Shown piece after piece: positions 29,358 through 40,422 of a DNA stretch of 64,000 nt (within the stretch, counting starts at the first letter, position 1; every line of letters begins with the position of its first letter). A program made the position numbers and the translations under genes. A model generated the notes under the pieces. That model was not told the DNA's origin, searched no databases, and was given only the letters and a program-made list of their open reading frames with translations. Source of the DNA: a virus (Duplodnaviria > Caudoviricetes); the IMG/VR virus record IMGVR_UViG_3300010283_000005, positions 32,001 to 96,000 of that record, one strand, 5' to 3'.

Positions 29358-30263
29358 ATGCCTAATGTAGATAATCTAAAAGCTGATCAGGATAATGGTA
29401 GGGATCCGATTAATGGTATCTATCGAGCTAGAGTCGAATCCAATCTTGATCCGCTGCATCTAGGTAGAGTCAAGTGCAGAGTTCCTCAACTGCATGGAAT
29501 TCCAGGAGGTGATTCTGCACTTGATAATGATGGATTGCCTTGGGCATATCCGATAACTCTCACTGGTACTGGATACAATCATGGTAGTTGCGTAGTCCCT
29601 GAAACTGGAGATTATGTCTTCGTTATGTTTGAGAATGGAGATAGAAATAGTCCAGTATATATGGGAGGATGCTATGGTATTCCTACTCAAGGTAAGGACT
29701 ACGGTAACGTAGGTGATGATGCTTCATCCAAATCAATGCATGGTGGCAAAGGATGGACTTCTGCCCCAGATACTAATGAGACTCCTCAGGAAGTCTATCC
29801 AGTCGGAGATGCTCCTAATGGTAAAGTCATTTATAAGAGTCCTAAGGGATTCATTATTATGACCCATGAGACTGATAATGAAGAGAGCTTGATTATTGCT
29901 GATAATGATAATCAGCAGATCATGATATCTAATCCAGCTGATAATAGTGTAAGTGAGATTTCTATCGATGGTAGAGATGGTCAAGGCATTCATGTGAGAT
30001 CTACTTCAGATGGTATTGCAGAAGTGACTATCTTATCTCCTGCTCAAACTACTATGATTCAGGTTACTGATGAAAAGGTCCTAGTAAAATCCAAAGCAAT
30101 CGAGATTGAAGCTGAAGAATCTATAAGCATCAAGGCTAAAAACCTCAACGTTGAGGTCGAAGAAGGTCATAGTACTAAGACTGATACTTATAATATCGAA
30201 GCTAGTTCTAGTACTTTCAAGGGTGATCTTACTGTCACTGACGGTAACGTTAACTTGAATTAA
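29358..30263 (+). CDS. baseplate spike (gp5/VgrG OB-fold)
   Basis: YRARVESNLDPLHLGRVKCRVP, VPETGDYVFVMFENGD..PVYMG. Confidence 0.88.
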   Translation: MPNVDNLKADQDNGRDPINGIYRARVESNLDPLHLGRVKCRVPQLHGIPGGDSALDNDGLPWAYPITLTGTGYNHGSCVVPETGDYVFVMFENGDRNSPVYMGGCYGIPTQGKDYGNVGDDASSKSMHGGKGWTSAPDTNETPQEVYPVGDAPNGKVIYKSPKGFIIMTHETDNEESLIIADNDNQQIMISNPADNSVSEISIDGRDGQGIHVRSTSDGIAEVTILSPAQTTMIQVTDEKVLVKSKAIEIEAEESISIKAKNLNVEVEEGHSTKTDTYNIEASSSTFKGDLTVTDGNVNLN

Positions 30264-30276
30264 TGGAGGTGAGATT

Positions 30277-30597
30277 ATGCCAGCTGCAGCTAGATTAGGA
30301 GATAGATCCAATTGCCCCTCAGATTCTCATGGTAATAAGTGCTGTCCTCATAATGTAACTGGTCCAGCCACTGAAGGGTCACCTAATGTCTTCATCAATG
30401 GTAAGCCTGCACTGCGGGTAGGTGACTCTGGAGTTCATTCTCAATGCTGCGGATCTAATACTTGGAGATGTACTCAAGGTAGCTCTCGAGTATTCATCAA
30501 TGGTAAACCAGCAGTGAGATTAGGCGATCAGACTCAGCATTGTGGCGGAGTAGGTAAGATTATTGATGGGAGTGATAACGTATTCATCGGAGGATAA
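30277..30597 (+). CDS. PAAR spike-tip protein
   Basis: MPAAARLGD; GS.NVFINGKPA repeats. Confidence 0.93.
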   Translation: MPAAARLGDRSNCPSDSHGNKCCPHNVTGPATEGSPNVFINGKPALRVGDSGVHSQCCGSNTWRCTQGSSRVFINGKPAVRLGDQTQHCGGVGKIIDGSDNVFIGG

Positions 30598-30610
30598 GGA
30601 GGTGTGATAT

Positions 30611-31045
30611 ATGAATCAAAATGAGTTCGATAATAAATGGATAGGCAATGGAATGCAGATGCCTCAACCATTTAATTCAACTACTGGCGATATCAATATT
30701 AATACTGGTACTGATAGACTACACCAGAGTATCTACTACATTCTATCTACAATTCCTGGAGAAAGATTCTTCGTACCTGAATTCGGATCTAAGCTATACC
30801 TAGTCCTATTCGAGCCTAATGATTACATCACTAGTGACTTGATTAAGACCTATGTTAAGGAAGCACTTGATCGATGGGAACCCAGGATAGAAGTGATTTC
30901 AGTAGATCCTCAGAATATCGGTGAGGATAATGTCATACCAGTTATGATTACATTCAGAATTAAAGCTACTAATATGATAGATAACTATGTATATCCTTTT
31001 AAGAAGGAAGCAGAAAGATTAGGAGGTGACATCAGCTATGAGTAA
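30611..31045 (+). CDS. baseplate wedge protein (gp25-like)
   Basis: QSI..ILST.PGER...PEFGS, RWEPRI. Confidence 0.9.
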   Translation: MNQNEFDNKWIGNGMQMPQPFNSTTGDININTGTDRLHQSIYYILSTIPGERFFVPEFGSKLYLVLFEPNDYITSDLIKTYVKEALDRWEPRIEVISVDPQNIGEDNVIPVMITFRIKATNMIDNYVYPFKKEAERLGGDISYE

Positions 31046-32627
31046 TTTCTTCAGTGCTGATCAGGTAGAGAATATGCTACGTAAGGTAGTCACTAAAGAA
31101 TTTGAAGTGATGACTCAAGATGAGATCCTAGATACTCTAATCAATGGAGTAGAAGATCTGAAAGGTGAGGAACTTGATAAGCGTACTCTCTACACTGGAA
31201 GGGATATCTCTGATGCAAGAGATTATCTAGTAACTAAGATAATGGAGCTTACCGATAAATGGACTGATTTTAACGAATCCGATACTGGTATGGTTCTAAT
31301 TGAGCTAGTCTCAGGATTAGCTGATATGCTAGGATTCTATTTGGATAAGAATACGCTAGAGTGCTTCATCACAGATGTGAAGCAGCGTAAGAATGGAGCA
31401 GGTATCCTAAGCTTAATCGGGTACAAGATGTTCATGACTAATTCATGCGTGACTACTGGTCGATTCGTACTTAATGAGACTTATACTGATGACATCACAA
31501 TTCCTCGATACACTCAGCTGACTGCAATTTTAGCAGATAAGAGTGAGATCAAGTATGCTACTCAGTATGAAGTGATGATTCCAGCTGGCTCAGAAGTAGC
31601 TACTGTACCATTGATTCAAGGTCTTGTTACTAAGTCTGAAATTCCAGTATCTGATCTTCGCAATAATCAGAAAATCAAGATTCTAGCTGAGAATATAGCT
31701 AATGGATCTATGATTTTGACAATTGATGGTCAGGAATGGACTGAGATTCCTGATGTATTAGTGGATGATGTACCTGGTAGGAAGTACTCCCTATATGAGG
31801 ATAAGAATTGTGAACCGTACATCTTATTCCATAATAGTTATAAGGATTATCTTCCATCTGATGATTCTCAGAAAGCTACTCTGACTTTCTTGACTAGCCT
31901 AGGTCCTGCTGGCAAGATCAAGGAGGGCATGATCACTAGAATCGATAGTCAGATCTTCGCAGGTAGAGATGATATTAGTTCTGCAATTGAGGTCACTAAT
32001 ACTGAAGCTTCTTCAGGCGGATCAGAACGAGAGACTTTATCTCATGCTAAAGTACAGGGACCTAAGACACTATCGATGTTAGGTAAAGCTATTACTCTAC
32101 CTGACTTCTATGATATGACTATGGAGCAGCCTGGAGTTCTTCAGTGCAGTGCACTAGATTGGTCAGTCGATGATGGTAAGTATGTATCCTTACCATATAT
32201 TGTTGATCTGTATATAGTACCTACTGATGGTGGAGATTGTTCTACTGAGCAGCTTAGTGGCATCAAGCAGTACTTCAATAATCAGAGGACTATGTCTTCG
32301 ATTACTATTCATACTTATAGTGCAAATTACAAGGAAGTAGATATTGACGCTACAGTTTATGCTATAATTAGTGAGGCTAAGAAGGAGTCACTCAGAAGTG
32401 CAATCGAGACTCGAATCAAGAACTACTTCAAACCTGAGAATCTGAAGTTCGGATCAGGTATCCAGCCTTCTAACATATCTACTTTGATTGAAACTACTTC
32501 AGAAGCTATTGACTACGTAGAGCTGAATGCTCCTAATAAGGCTGATAAGCTGGATCTGACTCAGTTTCCTAAGCTTGGTAACGTGAAGATTGAGATCGTA
32601 AGGAACAGCGTACGAATGTCTGATTGA
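31026..32627 (+). CDS. baseplate wedge protein (gp6/J-like; likely start 31038)
   Basis: WTDFNESDTGMVLIEL, GGSERET, KAITLPDF. Confidence 0.85.
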   Translation: MTSAMSNFFSADQVENMLRKVVTKEFEVMTQDEILDTLINGVEDLKGEELDKRTLYTGRDISDARDYLVTKIMELTDKWTDFNESDTGMVLIELVSGLADMLGFYLDKNTLECFITDVKQRKNGAGILSLIGYKMFMTNSCVTTGRFVLNETYTDDITIPRYTQLTAILADKSEIKYATQYEVMIPAGSEVATVPLIQGLVTKSEIPVSDLRNNQKIKILAENIANGSMILTIDGQEWTEIPDVLVDDVPGRKYSLYEDKNCEPYILFHNSYKDYLPSDDSQKATLTFLTSLGPAGKIKEGMITRIDSQIFAGRDDISSAIEVTNTEASSGGSERETLSHAKVQGPKTLSMLGKAITLPDFYDMTMEQPGVLQCSALDWSVDDGKYVSLPYIVDLYIVPTDGGDCSTEQLSGIKQYFNNQRTMSSITIHTYSANYKEVDIDATVYAIISEAKKESLRSAIETRIKNYFKPENLKFGSGIQPSNISTLIETTSEAIDYVELNAPNKADKLDLTQFPKLGNVKIEIVRNSVRMSD

Positions 32628-32633
32628 AAGGAT

Positions 32634-32668
32634 TCCTAGTCTAGTCTCATAATAAGATTAGACTAGGA
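32634..32668 (+). terminator. hairpin after the baseplate operon
   Basis: TCCTAGTCTAGTCT / AGATTAGACTAGGA inverted repeat. Confidence 0.55.
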
Positions 32669-32674
32669 TCTTAC

Positions 32675-32688
32675 GCTTAACCGTTAGA
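32675..32688 (+). promoter_or_regulatory. GCTTAACCGTTAGA motif (putative late promoter)
   Basis: One mismatch to the 8393 copy, with identical ACG / GAGCT flanks. Confidence 0.6.
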
Positions 32689-32736
32689 GAGCTTCGACAT
32701 CGAAGTAAGGTAACATAGAAAGGAGGAAATCTATCA

Positions 32737-34362
32737 ATGAATATGGAACCTCTGATTCCTCATTCACTACTTGAGGATGAAGATTACCAAGTATTCTTGG
32801 AACTGATATCAATCGTGCATGATGATATCAAAAGCATGATTGCTGAGTTCCCTGAGCTAGTCGATATTGATAATGCTCCTGAGATATTCCTTCCTAAGTT
32901 ATCGGCATTGATTAGATATCGATATCGATATGATATTGATGAAGATATACAGAGGGAGATAATCAAACGAATTATCTCAATCTACAGGGATAGAGGTACT
33001 GATGATTCTATCAGTATGGCTGCAACTTATGGCGATGATCCTAACTGGATAGGTAGCCATGTATTCTTACCTGGAGCTAATACTAATAAGGATAGAGCTC
33101 AAGTAACCCACCCTGTGGAGGAGATATTCAGGCATGATATCTCTAAGCATTCAGGTACTCATAGATTCGCTGATGCAGTCAGATGGAGAGATGGTACTTT
33201 AATCATTAAGGCTAGCAAGATCAATGATGATATTCGTGCAGCTATCAAGAAAGTGATACCTGCAGGATTGAGAGTCTATTTCGACTTGATCAATAATTCA
33301 CCTGGTGATGGTTACTTTAATGAACTGACCTTTGGAGAGTGGACTTTATCAGTTGATTATGAGCTTGATTATGATATGGTCATCAAAGATAAGCTAGAAG
33401 TAGCTACCTTTGACGTACGTGGCAATGGTCGTAGGCTGAGATCAGGTCGTCAAATAGTATTTTCTAACTATGAGCTAGAGTATGGCATGGGATCTAGTAT
33501 GATTCCTACAGAGGATAAATTCGGTATAGGGAATACTATCCTAGCTGATGCTAAGCCTAGTGATCTAGTGATGACTACTGACAGATCTGGAAACTTCTTT
33601 TACTCTAAGTTAAGTAATCTAGATAAGATGCTAAGATTGAGAGCTACAAGAAATCAGCAGATTATCAATGTATCAGCTAGTCAAGCTAAGCTTACTGATC
33701 TGATAGTTAGAGATAATTCTCAGATAGAAGATCTAGTAATAGCTAATTCTATAATTCATAGAATTGATTATACTATTACAGGATTTGACTTACTAACTAG
33801 GCATCAAGGCATTCCAGCTAGATCTACTTCTAGAGCAGCTCGGAGTGGTAGATATGCTTATGATGGAACTTATACTGGTGAGATCTTCATGCAAACTGAA
33901 ATTCGAGAAGTCACTCCTCAGGATGTAAGATATCCTGTATCAGTAGTCAAATCACTTAAAGTGCATGAGTATCTCAAAGATTATACTAATCCAGTTGAGG
34001 TAGTATTCGAGCCTGATCCTACTCCTACTAGTGTAGGCGATTTGACTCTCGATAGCATAATCGTCAATAAATACTCATCTGAGGTATTTGGTGAAGCAGT
34101 AACTGAATTATCTCCTTCTAATAGGTCTGGAGACTACAATCCTAAAGATTTACTACTATCAGATATTATTAGTAAGCTTCCTAGTCAATCAGTGCGAGTA
34201 GATACTAAGATTTCAGATCTGAAACTTTCTAGTAAGATAGTCACTTCTAGTGGAGTAATGATTCTAGGTGAATTACTCAATAAGGTTACCATAGGAGATT
34301 CAGAAATCAGTCTAGCTGAGCTAGGACTTGATAATTCGTTCCTAGAAGTAATAAATCAATAA
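32737..34362 (+). CDS. baseplate wedge protein (P2 gpI/T4 gp7-like)
   Basis: LVDIDNAPEIFLPKL, REIIKRIISIYRDRGT, VIPAG. Confidence 0.75.
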   Translation: MNMEPLIPHSLLEDEDYQVFLELISIVHDDIKSMIAEFPELVDIDNAPEIFLPKLSALIRYRYRYDIDEDIQREIIKRIISIYRDRGTDDSISMAATYGDDPNWIGSHVFLPGANTNKDRAQVTHPVEEIFRHDISKHSGTHRFADAVRWRDGTLIIKASKINDDIRAAIKKVIPAGLRVYFDLINNSPGDGYFNELTFGEWTLSVDYELDYDMVIKDKLEVATFDVRGNGRRLRSGRQIVFSNYELEYGMGSSMIPTEDKFGIGNTILADAKPSDLVMTTDRSGNFFYSKLSNLDKMLRLRATRNQQIINVSASQAKLTDLIVRDNSQIEDLVIANSIIHRIDYTITGFDLLTRHQGIPARSTSRAARSGRYAYDGTYTGEIFMQTEIREVTPQDVRYPVSVVKSLKVHEYLKDYTNPVEVVFEPDPTPTSVGDLTLDSIIVNKYSSEVFGEAVTELSPSNRSGDYNPKDLLLSDIISKLPSQSVRVDTKISDLKLSSKIVTSSGVMILGELLNKVTIGDSEISLAELGLDNSFLEVINQ

Positions 34363-34379
34363 AATAAGGAGGATAAATT

Positions 34380-37300
34380 ATGTCTGAGCTCGAAAAACTT
34401 GATTTAGTTAAGGATAGCATAAGACAGCTATTAGCTAAGTCTAAGAATAATTTTGAGAAATTAGGGATCACTCAAGAAGAACTAGTATCTCGAATTACTA
34501 ACTTAGTAGCTAATAGTGGAGAAGCTACGCAAGGTAACTCAGAATTGATCGATATCCGAGTCGGATCGGACGGATCAATATATGCAACTGCAGGTGATGC
34601 AGTCCGAGCAGTAGGCTACCGTTTGGACGAATTCAGTCAGGAAGTTAGTGATCTAGTAGGATCCAAGATTCCTGATGGATTCATTGTAGAGGATAATATG
34701 CTGTATCTAGCTAGAAACGGAGAAATCGTCTCTGAAGGAGTAGAGTTGCCTTCAGGTGGTGGCGGAGGTGGCGGAGGATCCTCATCTACCATCAAACTAA
34801 GGAATGAATCTTTGTCTACTTCTCTAGCTATAGCAGAAGGGGAGAATGCTACTTTGAAATTTAATTTCTCATCTATTGATGAGGATGGAAATGAATCAGG
34901 TAGTGGTACGCTTCAGGTGTATGTGAATAACATCCTGAAACTGAATAAAATCATTCCTCAAGGTAGTAATGAACTGGATGTCACTTCGTTACTATCTGCA
35001 GGTAATAATAGTGTACGTATCAAAGTCACTGATTCTTATGGTTTATCTAAGCAGATTTCTTACTCTATCGCAGTTATCGCATTATCAATTACTTCGACTC
35101 TGGATGAATCACAGCAGTATGATTCAGATGTCTCATTCCGATACATCCCAGTAGGTGCTGTTGAGAAAGTCATTCACTTTGAGCTGGATGGAACTGAGAT
35201 TGCTACAACTACTACTAGCTCATCTGGTCGTCAGATGACTCAGGTCATTCCAGTACAGTCACATGGTACGCATTTACTCCGAGTGTGGATCACTGCTGAG
35301 GTCAATGGTATCTCAATTTCAAGTAACATCTTGATTTATGATATAATGTTTGTTGATTCTAGTATTACTACTCCAATCATTGCCAGTCCATTTGCAGTGA
35401 CTGAAGTTGAGGAGGGTACTTTCATCAGCATCCCTTATACAGTATATGATCCTAAGAATCTGATGTGCGAGGTTACTTTGGAGATTATTTCTAGAGGAAC
35501 TACATCCGATAAAGTAGTAAGTACTTCTAAGGTGACTGTCGATCGTACTAAGCAGACTTGGAATATCAGAAAATATCCTGTAGGCAATACTGTATTCAGG
35601 ATCAAGTATGGATCAGTTACTAAGGAGTTTTTAGTCAAGGTTAAGGAATCAGCAATTCAAGTAGACATTGAGACTAATGGCTTGGAATTCTACCTAGATG
35701 CAGAGGGTAAATCCAATCAGGGATCTGATAAGGATAGCTGGGAATCAAATGGCTATGCTACTCAGTTCACTGATGTGAACTTCTTATCTAATGGATGGGA
35801 TACTGACAGTGAAGGCAATACTCGTCTGAAGCTGGCAGGTGATGCTAGAGCTTACAATCCATTTCAGATCTTCAAGACTGATAGTTCTTACACTGGTCGA
35901 ACTATTGAGGTTGACTTATTAGTATCTGATGTACAGGATCAGAATGCAGTAGTAATAGATTGCATGTCTGGAGATATTGGTCTTCAGATCATGGCTAATA
36001 AGGCAGTACTCAAAAGCGAATTGAGTGAAGTATCAGCTCCATTCGGTACTGATGCTCATATCAGATTATCCTTTGTCATTGATAAGAGTGGTGATGGTTC
36101 TGAAAGAATGATTCTTCTCTATATCAATGGTATTGCATCCGGAGCAATGCAGTATCCTGACGGAGATAACTTCAGTCAGGTTCTTAATCCAGTCGGAATT
36201 ACGATGGGATCAAACTTATGTACTACGTATATCTACTCGATTGCAGTATATGATTACAATATTACTAAGTATCAGATTCTTAATAACTTTATTGCAGGTG
36301 CTCAGGATCCAGCAGAATTAGCTGAACGTTACCATCGTAATGATATATTCGATGAATATAGCAATATAGTTATTGATAAACTACCTGAGGATACTCCTTA
36401 TCTGATCGTAGAATCCGATACTTTACCTCAGTACAAGGGAGATAAGAAGAAACAGATATCTGGTTCGTTCCACTATCCTATGGATATCACTAAGAACTTT
36501 ACTTTTGAAGGAGCAGAGATTGATGTCCAAGGTACTTCTTCTGCAGTATATAAAGTTAAGAACTTAAAATTCAAGTTCAAGGGTGGATTTGTGGATGAAG
36601 ATGGTACTAAGTACGAAGTCTACTCAATTGCTTACGGAGGAATTGGTGAGAGTACTTTCACCTTCAAAGCTGACGTAGCATCTTCAGAAGGTACTAACAA
36701 CGTTATGCTTATGGAAATCTACAATCTGCTCAATCCATATCGCACTCCTCCTCAGCAGGAAGATAACCGAATCAGACAAACTATCAGTAGTATGCCAATA
36801 GTTATGTTTCAGTATATGCCTGCTACTAGTACTACTAAGTTCATCGGAAAGTACAACTTCAATAACGATAAGGGTACTCCTAATACTTTCGGATTTGATA
36901 GTACAAAATGGCCATTATGTCAGAGTTGGGAGTTCCGCAATAATACTTCTAATCGTATGCTATTCAAATCTGATGATTTTGATAGCTTAGATGAGTCTGG
37001 TGAACCAGCATGGCTATCTGACTTTGAAGCTAGGTACCCTGATGGTAGTGCTGACTGCACTCAGCTCAAAAGAGTAGTATCTTGGGTATGTAGTACCGAT
37101 ACTAAGCAAGCTACTGGTAAGACTCTAGCTAGTGCTGTAACTTACGACGGAGTCGAATATAATAAAGATACTGCTGAGTACCGTCTTGCTAAGTTTAAGA
37201 ATGAGTTTGAAGATTACTTCATCAAGGATGCAATAATCTTCTACTTTTTATTCACTGAAGTATTCCTCATGGTGGATAGCCGAGCTAAGAATGCTTTCTT

Positions 37301-40300
37301 GACTACCTGGGATGGTATCCATTGGCTGATGCTGGCCTACGATGGCGATACTGCAATCGGTATCAACAACGAAGGTGCTCTAGTATATGGATATAGCTAC
37401 AACTCAACTGATACAATCGGTTCTCAGGATGTCTTTAATGGTAAGGAATCTGTGCTGTGGCTTAACCTGGAAGCTGCATTCGCTGACGATATCAAGGCTA
37501 TGTATAAAGACTTACGTAGTAATTCTGTATTCTCAGCAGAAGGAGTCATCTCTATTTTTGATAAGCATCAGAGTGCTTGGTCAGAAGCGATCTTCAATGA
37601 GGATGGCTGGTTCAAATACATTGAACCATTGATCAGTGATAATAATGCAGCATATCTGGATATGCTACAGGGTTCTAAGAAATCACAGAGAGACTGGTGG
37701 CTTAAGAATCGATTCTTATATGAGGATAGTAAATACAATGCAGGTGGAGCAGTATCTGATGCCATTACTTTCAGATTGTATACTCCTGCTAACTGGAATG
37801 CTATTGAACCTAATTCTGATATCACTATTACTCCTGCAGCTGATCATTATGTAAGTATCAAATATGGTTCTTATCTGGTGCAGAAAAGAGCTACTGCAGG
37901 CGAGGAAGTCCTCATGGAATGTCCAATGGATACTACCAACGATACTGAGACTTACATCTACAGTGCAGGAGCAGTAGCTGATGTAGGTGACTTAGCTCCA
38001 CTGTATATCGGTTATTGTGATATTTCCAAGGCTACTAAGCTGAAACACCTTAAGATTGGTGATGGTACAAAGGGGTACTCCAACTCGAACTTCACGTCCC
38101 TGTCAGTAGGTAATAATCCTCTGCTAGAAGATATTGATATTCAGAATTGTCCTCAGTTCAAACAGACTCTGGATTTATCTGGATGTGATAACATCAAGTC
38201 AGTCAAGGCTAAAGGATCTGGAGCTACTTCAGTAAAACTTCCGGATGGTGGATATCTAGAAACTCTAGAGCTTCCTAACTCAGTATCTAACTTGACTATC
38301 AAGAAGCATACTAAGTTCAAGACTTTGAGCATGGATAGTTATGCATCTCTGACTACCTTATGGGTTGAAGATACTCCTAATATTCCAGTTGAGGATATCG
38401 TGAGCTCTGCAACTCATCTGAATCGAGTCCGATTGACTAATATCAATTGGTCAACTGATAAGATTGATACTATCCTGAAGCTAGCTAAGTGCGCTGGACT
38501 TGACGACTACGGTAATAATACTGATACAGCTTGGGTGACTGGTACTGTGACTATCGATACCTTGTATAGTCATGATCTAGATACAATCAAATCAGCATTC
38601 CCGTACCTGACTGTCAAATATAATCATCTAATTCATGTAGTTACATTCCTGAATGAAGATGGCTCATTCTTATCTAAGCAGGAAGTTGAGGATAATAACA
38701 ATGCAGATACTCCTCAGGATCCTACTAAGGCATATGATAAGCATTATTACTATGTCTTCAAGGGATGGGATACGACTTATACTAAGGTCAAGAAAGACTT
38801 AACGATCAAGGCTACGTATGACTATATCACTCAGACTTATCATCTGAAGTTATACAAGAATAAATCAGATTCTAATCCAGCAGCTGAAGTTGACGTACTC
38901 TATGAGAATACGTTCACTTACGATAAGTCACTATTCACTACTGACGATTCAGTATTAGCTGGTTGGACTAATGATGATGGTACCCTATTTGAAGATAACT
39001 TCATGTTCGATTCGATGGCAGTGATCAACTCTGCAGGTAATCCAGTAGATATCAAACTGTATGCTAAACGATATACTATTGAACTTCCTAGTCAGTCCAG
39101 CAACTTATCTGACTTGAACTATGGTCAGATTAAGGCTGTTAGTAATATGATTCAAGGTCAGACTATGGAAGGAGCTTCTATCAAGTACTTCTCTGATACT
39201 CGAGAATACATCATTACTAACTCCAAGAATGGTACTACTGTATCAGTGGCAGTAGGCGATGTCAAGGATATCGTTCTTAGAGATGGAGAACCTATCACAC
39301 TTGCAGTTCTTGATTTCAAGCATGATTATCAGGATTTAGAGGAATCTAAGGGTACTGGTATGACAATTGGATTCAAGAACTTGATGGCTAAGACTCAGCA
39401 GATGAATAAGGGTACTAAAACTAAGTACAATTATACACTAGGTGGAGTCAAGGCTGATGCTACTACGTTCTCGCATGAGGTAAGTACAGAAGAAGCAGTC
39501 TCTGGATACTGTGAGCTAAAGGCTGCTAGTCAGTCTTACATCTCCTTGATTAAGAAAGAATCTGCATCTGGAGAAGTTACTACCTGGGCATTTGACCGTA
39601 GAGGATTCTACTGTATGCAGGATCTATCAGGTGATTCTAAGCCTAGTACTAATACTTGGTACACTGCTGACGATGATCCTAATACTTATAAATTTGGTAA
39701 GATGCTTCTACAGGATAACTCTGCTATCGATTGGATGAGTACTCAGCTGCAGAAGTATGCTATTCAAGGTAGTACTACTAAGTTTAGTAACTTCGGAGGT
39801 ATGATTATTGATACTACTGCTCATGATAATTTGTATAATGCAGATTCAGCAGTGAGATTCTACAGTGACTACACTAACGATTGGAACAACTTCACTGAAT
39901 TAACTCAGAATGCTATAATCAAGATCCCAGTAGTAGCAGGAGATACGGTTACGGTATATGCTTATACTAGTGCTCGTAATACTAATGGTTATCGTGATAC
40001 TGATCTGAGAGACTACTTGATCAACGAGCTGTACTATCTGTTACCACTAGGAGTCAGAGAATTGATTATTCCAGTAGTCAAGAAGTTCTCCATTGGTAAT
40101 AGATGCCCTATCATTGATTACGTTATTGATCCGATCTGGCTACTAAGTTCTCGAGAAGTCAATGGCTTCAATTCGGATCCGTATGATAAAGAAGGTAAGG
40201 TTTATCCTATCTTCAGTAATAATGAGTCACGTAAGAAGTACTTAGCTAATGGTACAGGTGATGTGTACTGGTGGTGGTTGCGTGGTCCTGGTGTTAGTGG

Positions 40301-40397
40301 TTCGGGCAGTTTCTGTAGTGTGTATACGGATGGTTATCCGAGCGGCAACGACTGGGCTTACCACTCTGGTGGTGTCTCCCCTAGCTTCTGTTGGTAA
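34380..40397 (+). CDS. large tail fibre/receptor-binding protein; DGR1 target with a C-terminal C-type-lectin-fold VR
   Basis: [10 protein letters not shown] attachment motif, CotH-like core, LRR-like and InlB B-repeat-like segments, ends WWLRGP...GVSPSF containing VR1. Confidence 0.88.
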   Translation: MSELEKLDLVKDSIRQLLAKSKNNFEKLGITQEELVSRITNLVANSGEATQGNSELIDIRVGSDGSIYATAGDAVRAVGYRLDEFSQEVSDLVGSKIPDGFIVEDNMLYLARNGEIVSEGVELPSGGGGGGGGSSSTIKLRNESLSTSLAIAEGENATLKFNFSSIDEDGNESGSGTLQVYVNNILKLNKIIPQGSNELDVTSLLSAGNNSVRIKVTDSYGLSKQISYSIAVIALSITSTLDESQQYDSDVSFRYIPVGAVEKVIHFELDGTEIATTTTSSSGRQMTQVIPVQSHGTHLLRVWITAEVNGISISSNILIYDIMFVDSSITTPIIASPFAVTEVEEGTFISIPYTVYDPKNLMCEVTLEIISRGTTSDKVVSTSKVTVDRTKQTWNIRKYPVGNTVFRIKYGSVTKEFLVKVKESAIQVDIETNGLEFYLDAEGKSNQGSDKDSWESNGYATQFTDVNFLSNGWDTDSEGNTRLKLAGDARAYNPFQIFKTDSSYTGRTIEVDLLVSDVQDQNAVVIDCMSGDIGLQIMANKAVLKSELSEVSAPFGTDAHIRLSFVIDKSGDGSERMILLYINGIASGAMQYPDGDNFSQVLNPVGITMGSNLCTTYIYSIAVYDYNITKYQILNNFIAGAQDPAELAERYHRNDIFDEYSNIVIDKLPEDTPYLIVESDTLPQYKGDKKKQISGSFHYPMDITKNFTFEGAEIDVQGTSSAVYKVKNLKFKFKGGFVDEDGTKYEVYSIAYGGIGESTFTFKADVASSEGTNNVMLMEIYNLLNPYRTPPQQEDNRIRQTISSMPIVMFQYMPATSTTKFIGKYNFNNDKGTPNTFGFDSTKWPLCQSWEFRNNTSNRMLFKSDDFDSLDESGEPAWLSDFEARYPDGSADCTQLKRVVSWVCSTDTKQATGKTLASAVTYDGVEYNKDTAEYRLAKFKNEFEDYFIKDAIIFYFLFTEVFLMVDSRAKNAFLTTWDGIHWLMLAYDGDTAIGINNEGALVYGYSYNSTDTIGSQDVFNGKESVLWLNLEAAFADDIKAMYKDLRSNSVFSAEGVISIFDKHQSAWSEAIFNEDGWFKYIEPLISDNNAAYLDMLQGSKKSQRDWWLKNRFLYEDSKYNAGGAVSDAITFRLYTPANWNAIEPNSDITITPAADHYVSIKYGSYLVQKRATAGEEVLMECPMDTTNDTETYIYSAGAVADVGDLAPLYIGYCDISKATKLKHLKIGDGTKGYSNSNFTSLSVGNNPLLEDIDIQNCPQFKQTLDLSGCDNIKSVKAKGSGATSVKLPDGGYLETLELPNSVSNLTIKKHTKFKTLSMDSYASLTTLWVEDTPNIPVEDIVSSATHLNRVRLTNINWSTDKIDTILKLAKCAGLDDYGNNTDTAWVTGTVTIDTLYSHDLDTIKSAFPYLTVKYNHLIHVVTFLNEDGSFLSKQEVEDNNNADTPQDPTKAYDKHYYYVFKGWDTTYTKVKKDLTIKATYDYITQTYHLKLYKNKSDSNPAAEVDVLYENTFTYDKSLFTTDDSVLAGWTNDDGTLFEDNFMFDSMAVINSAGNPVDIKLYAKRYTIELPSQSSNLSDLNYGQIKAVSNMIQGQTMEGASIKYFSDTREYIITNSKNGTTVSVAVGDVKDIVLRDGEPITLAVLDFKHDYQDLEESKGTGMTIGFKNLMAKTQQMNKGTKTKYNYTLGGVKADATTFSHEVSTEEAVSGYCELKAASQSYISLIKKESASGEVTTWAFDRRGFYCMQDLSGDSKPSTNTWYTADDDPNTYKFGKMLLQDNSAIDWMSTQLQKYAIQGSTTKFSNFGGMIIDTTAHDNLYNADSAVRFYSDYTNDWNNFTELTQNAIIKIPVVAGDTVTVYAYTSARNTNGYRDTDLRDYLINELYYLLPLGVRELIIPVVKKFSIGNRCPIIDYVIDPIWLLSSREVNGFNSDPYDKEGKVYPIFSNNESRKKYLANGTGDVYWWWLRGPGVSGSGSFCSVYTDGYPSGNDWAYHSGGVSPSFCW
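40278..40384 (+). repeat. DGR1 variable repeat (VR1)
   Basis: Ungapped match to 40937-41043; all 19 mismatches are opposite TR adenines. Confidence 0.97.
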
Positions 40398-40422
40398 GCT
40401 TGAATTATTGGAGGATTAACTT

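Noticed and set aside
19170-34362. Bacterial T6SS or extracellular contractile injection system
   Set aside because: Terminase, portal, capsid and lysis genes show this is a phage tail
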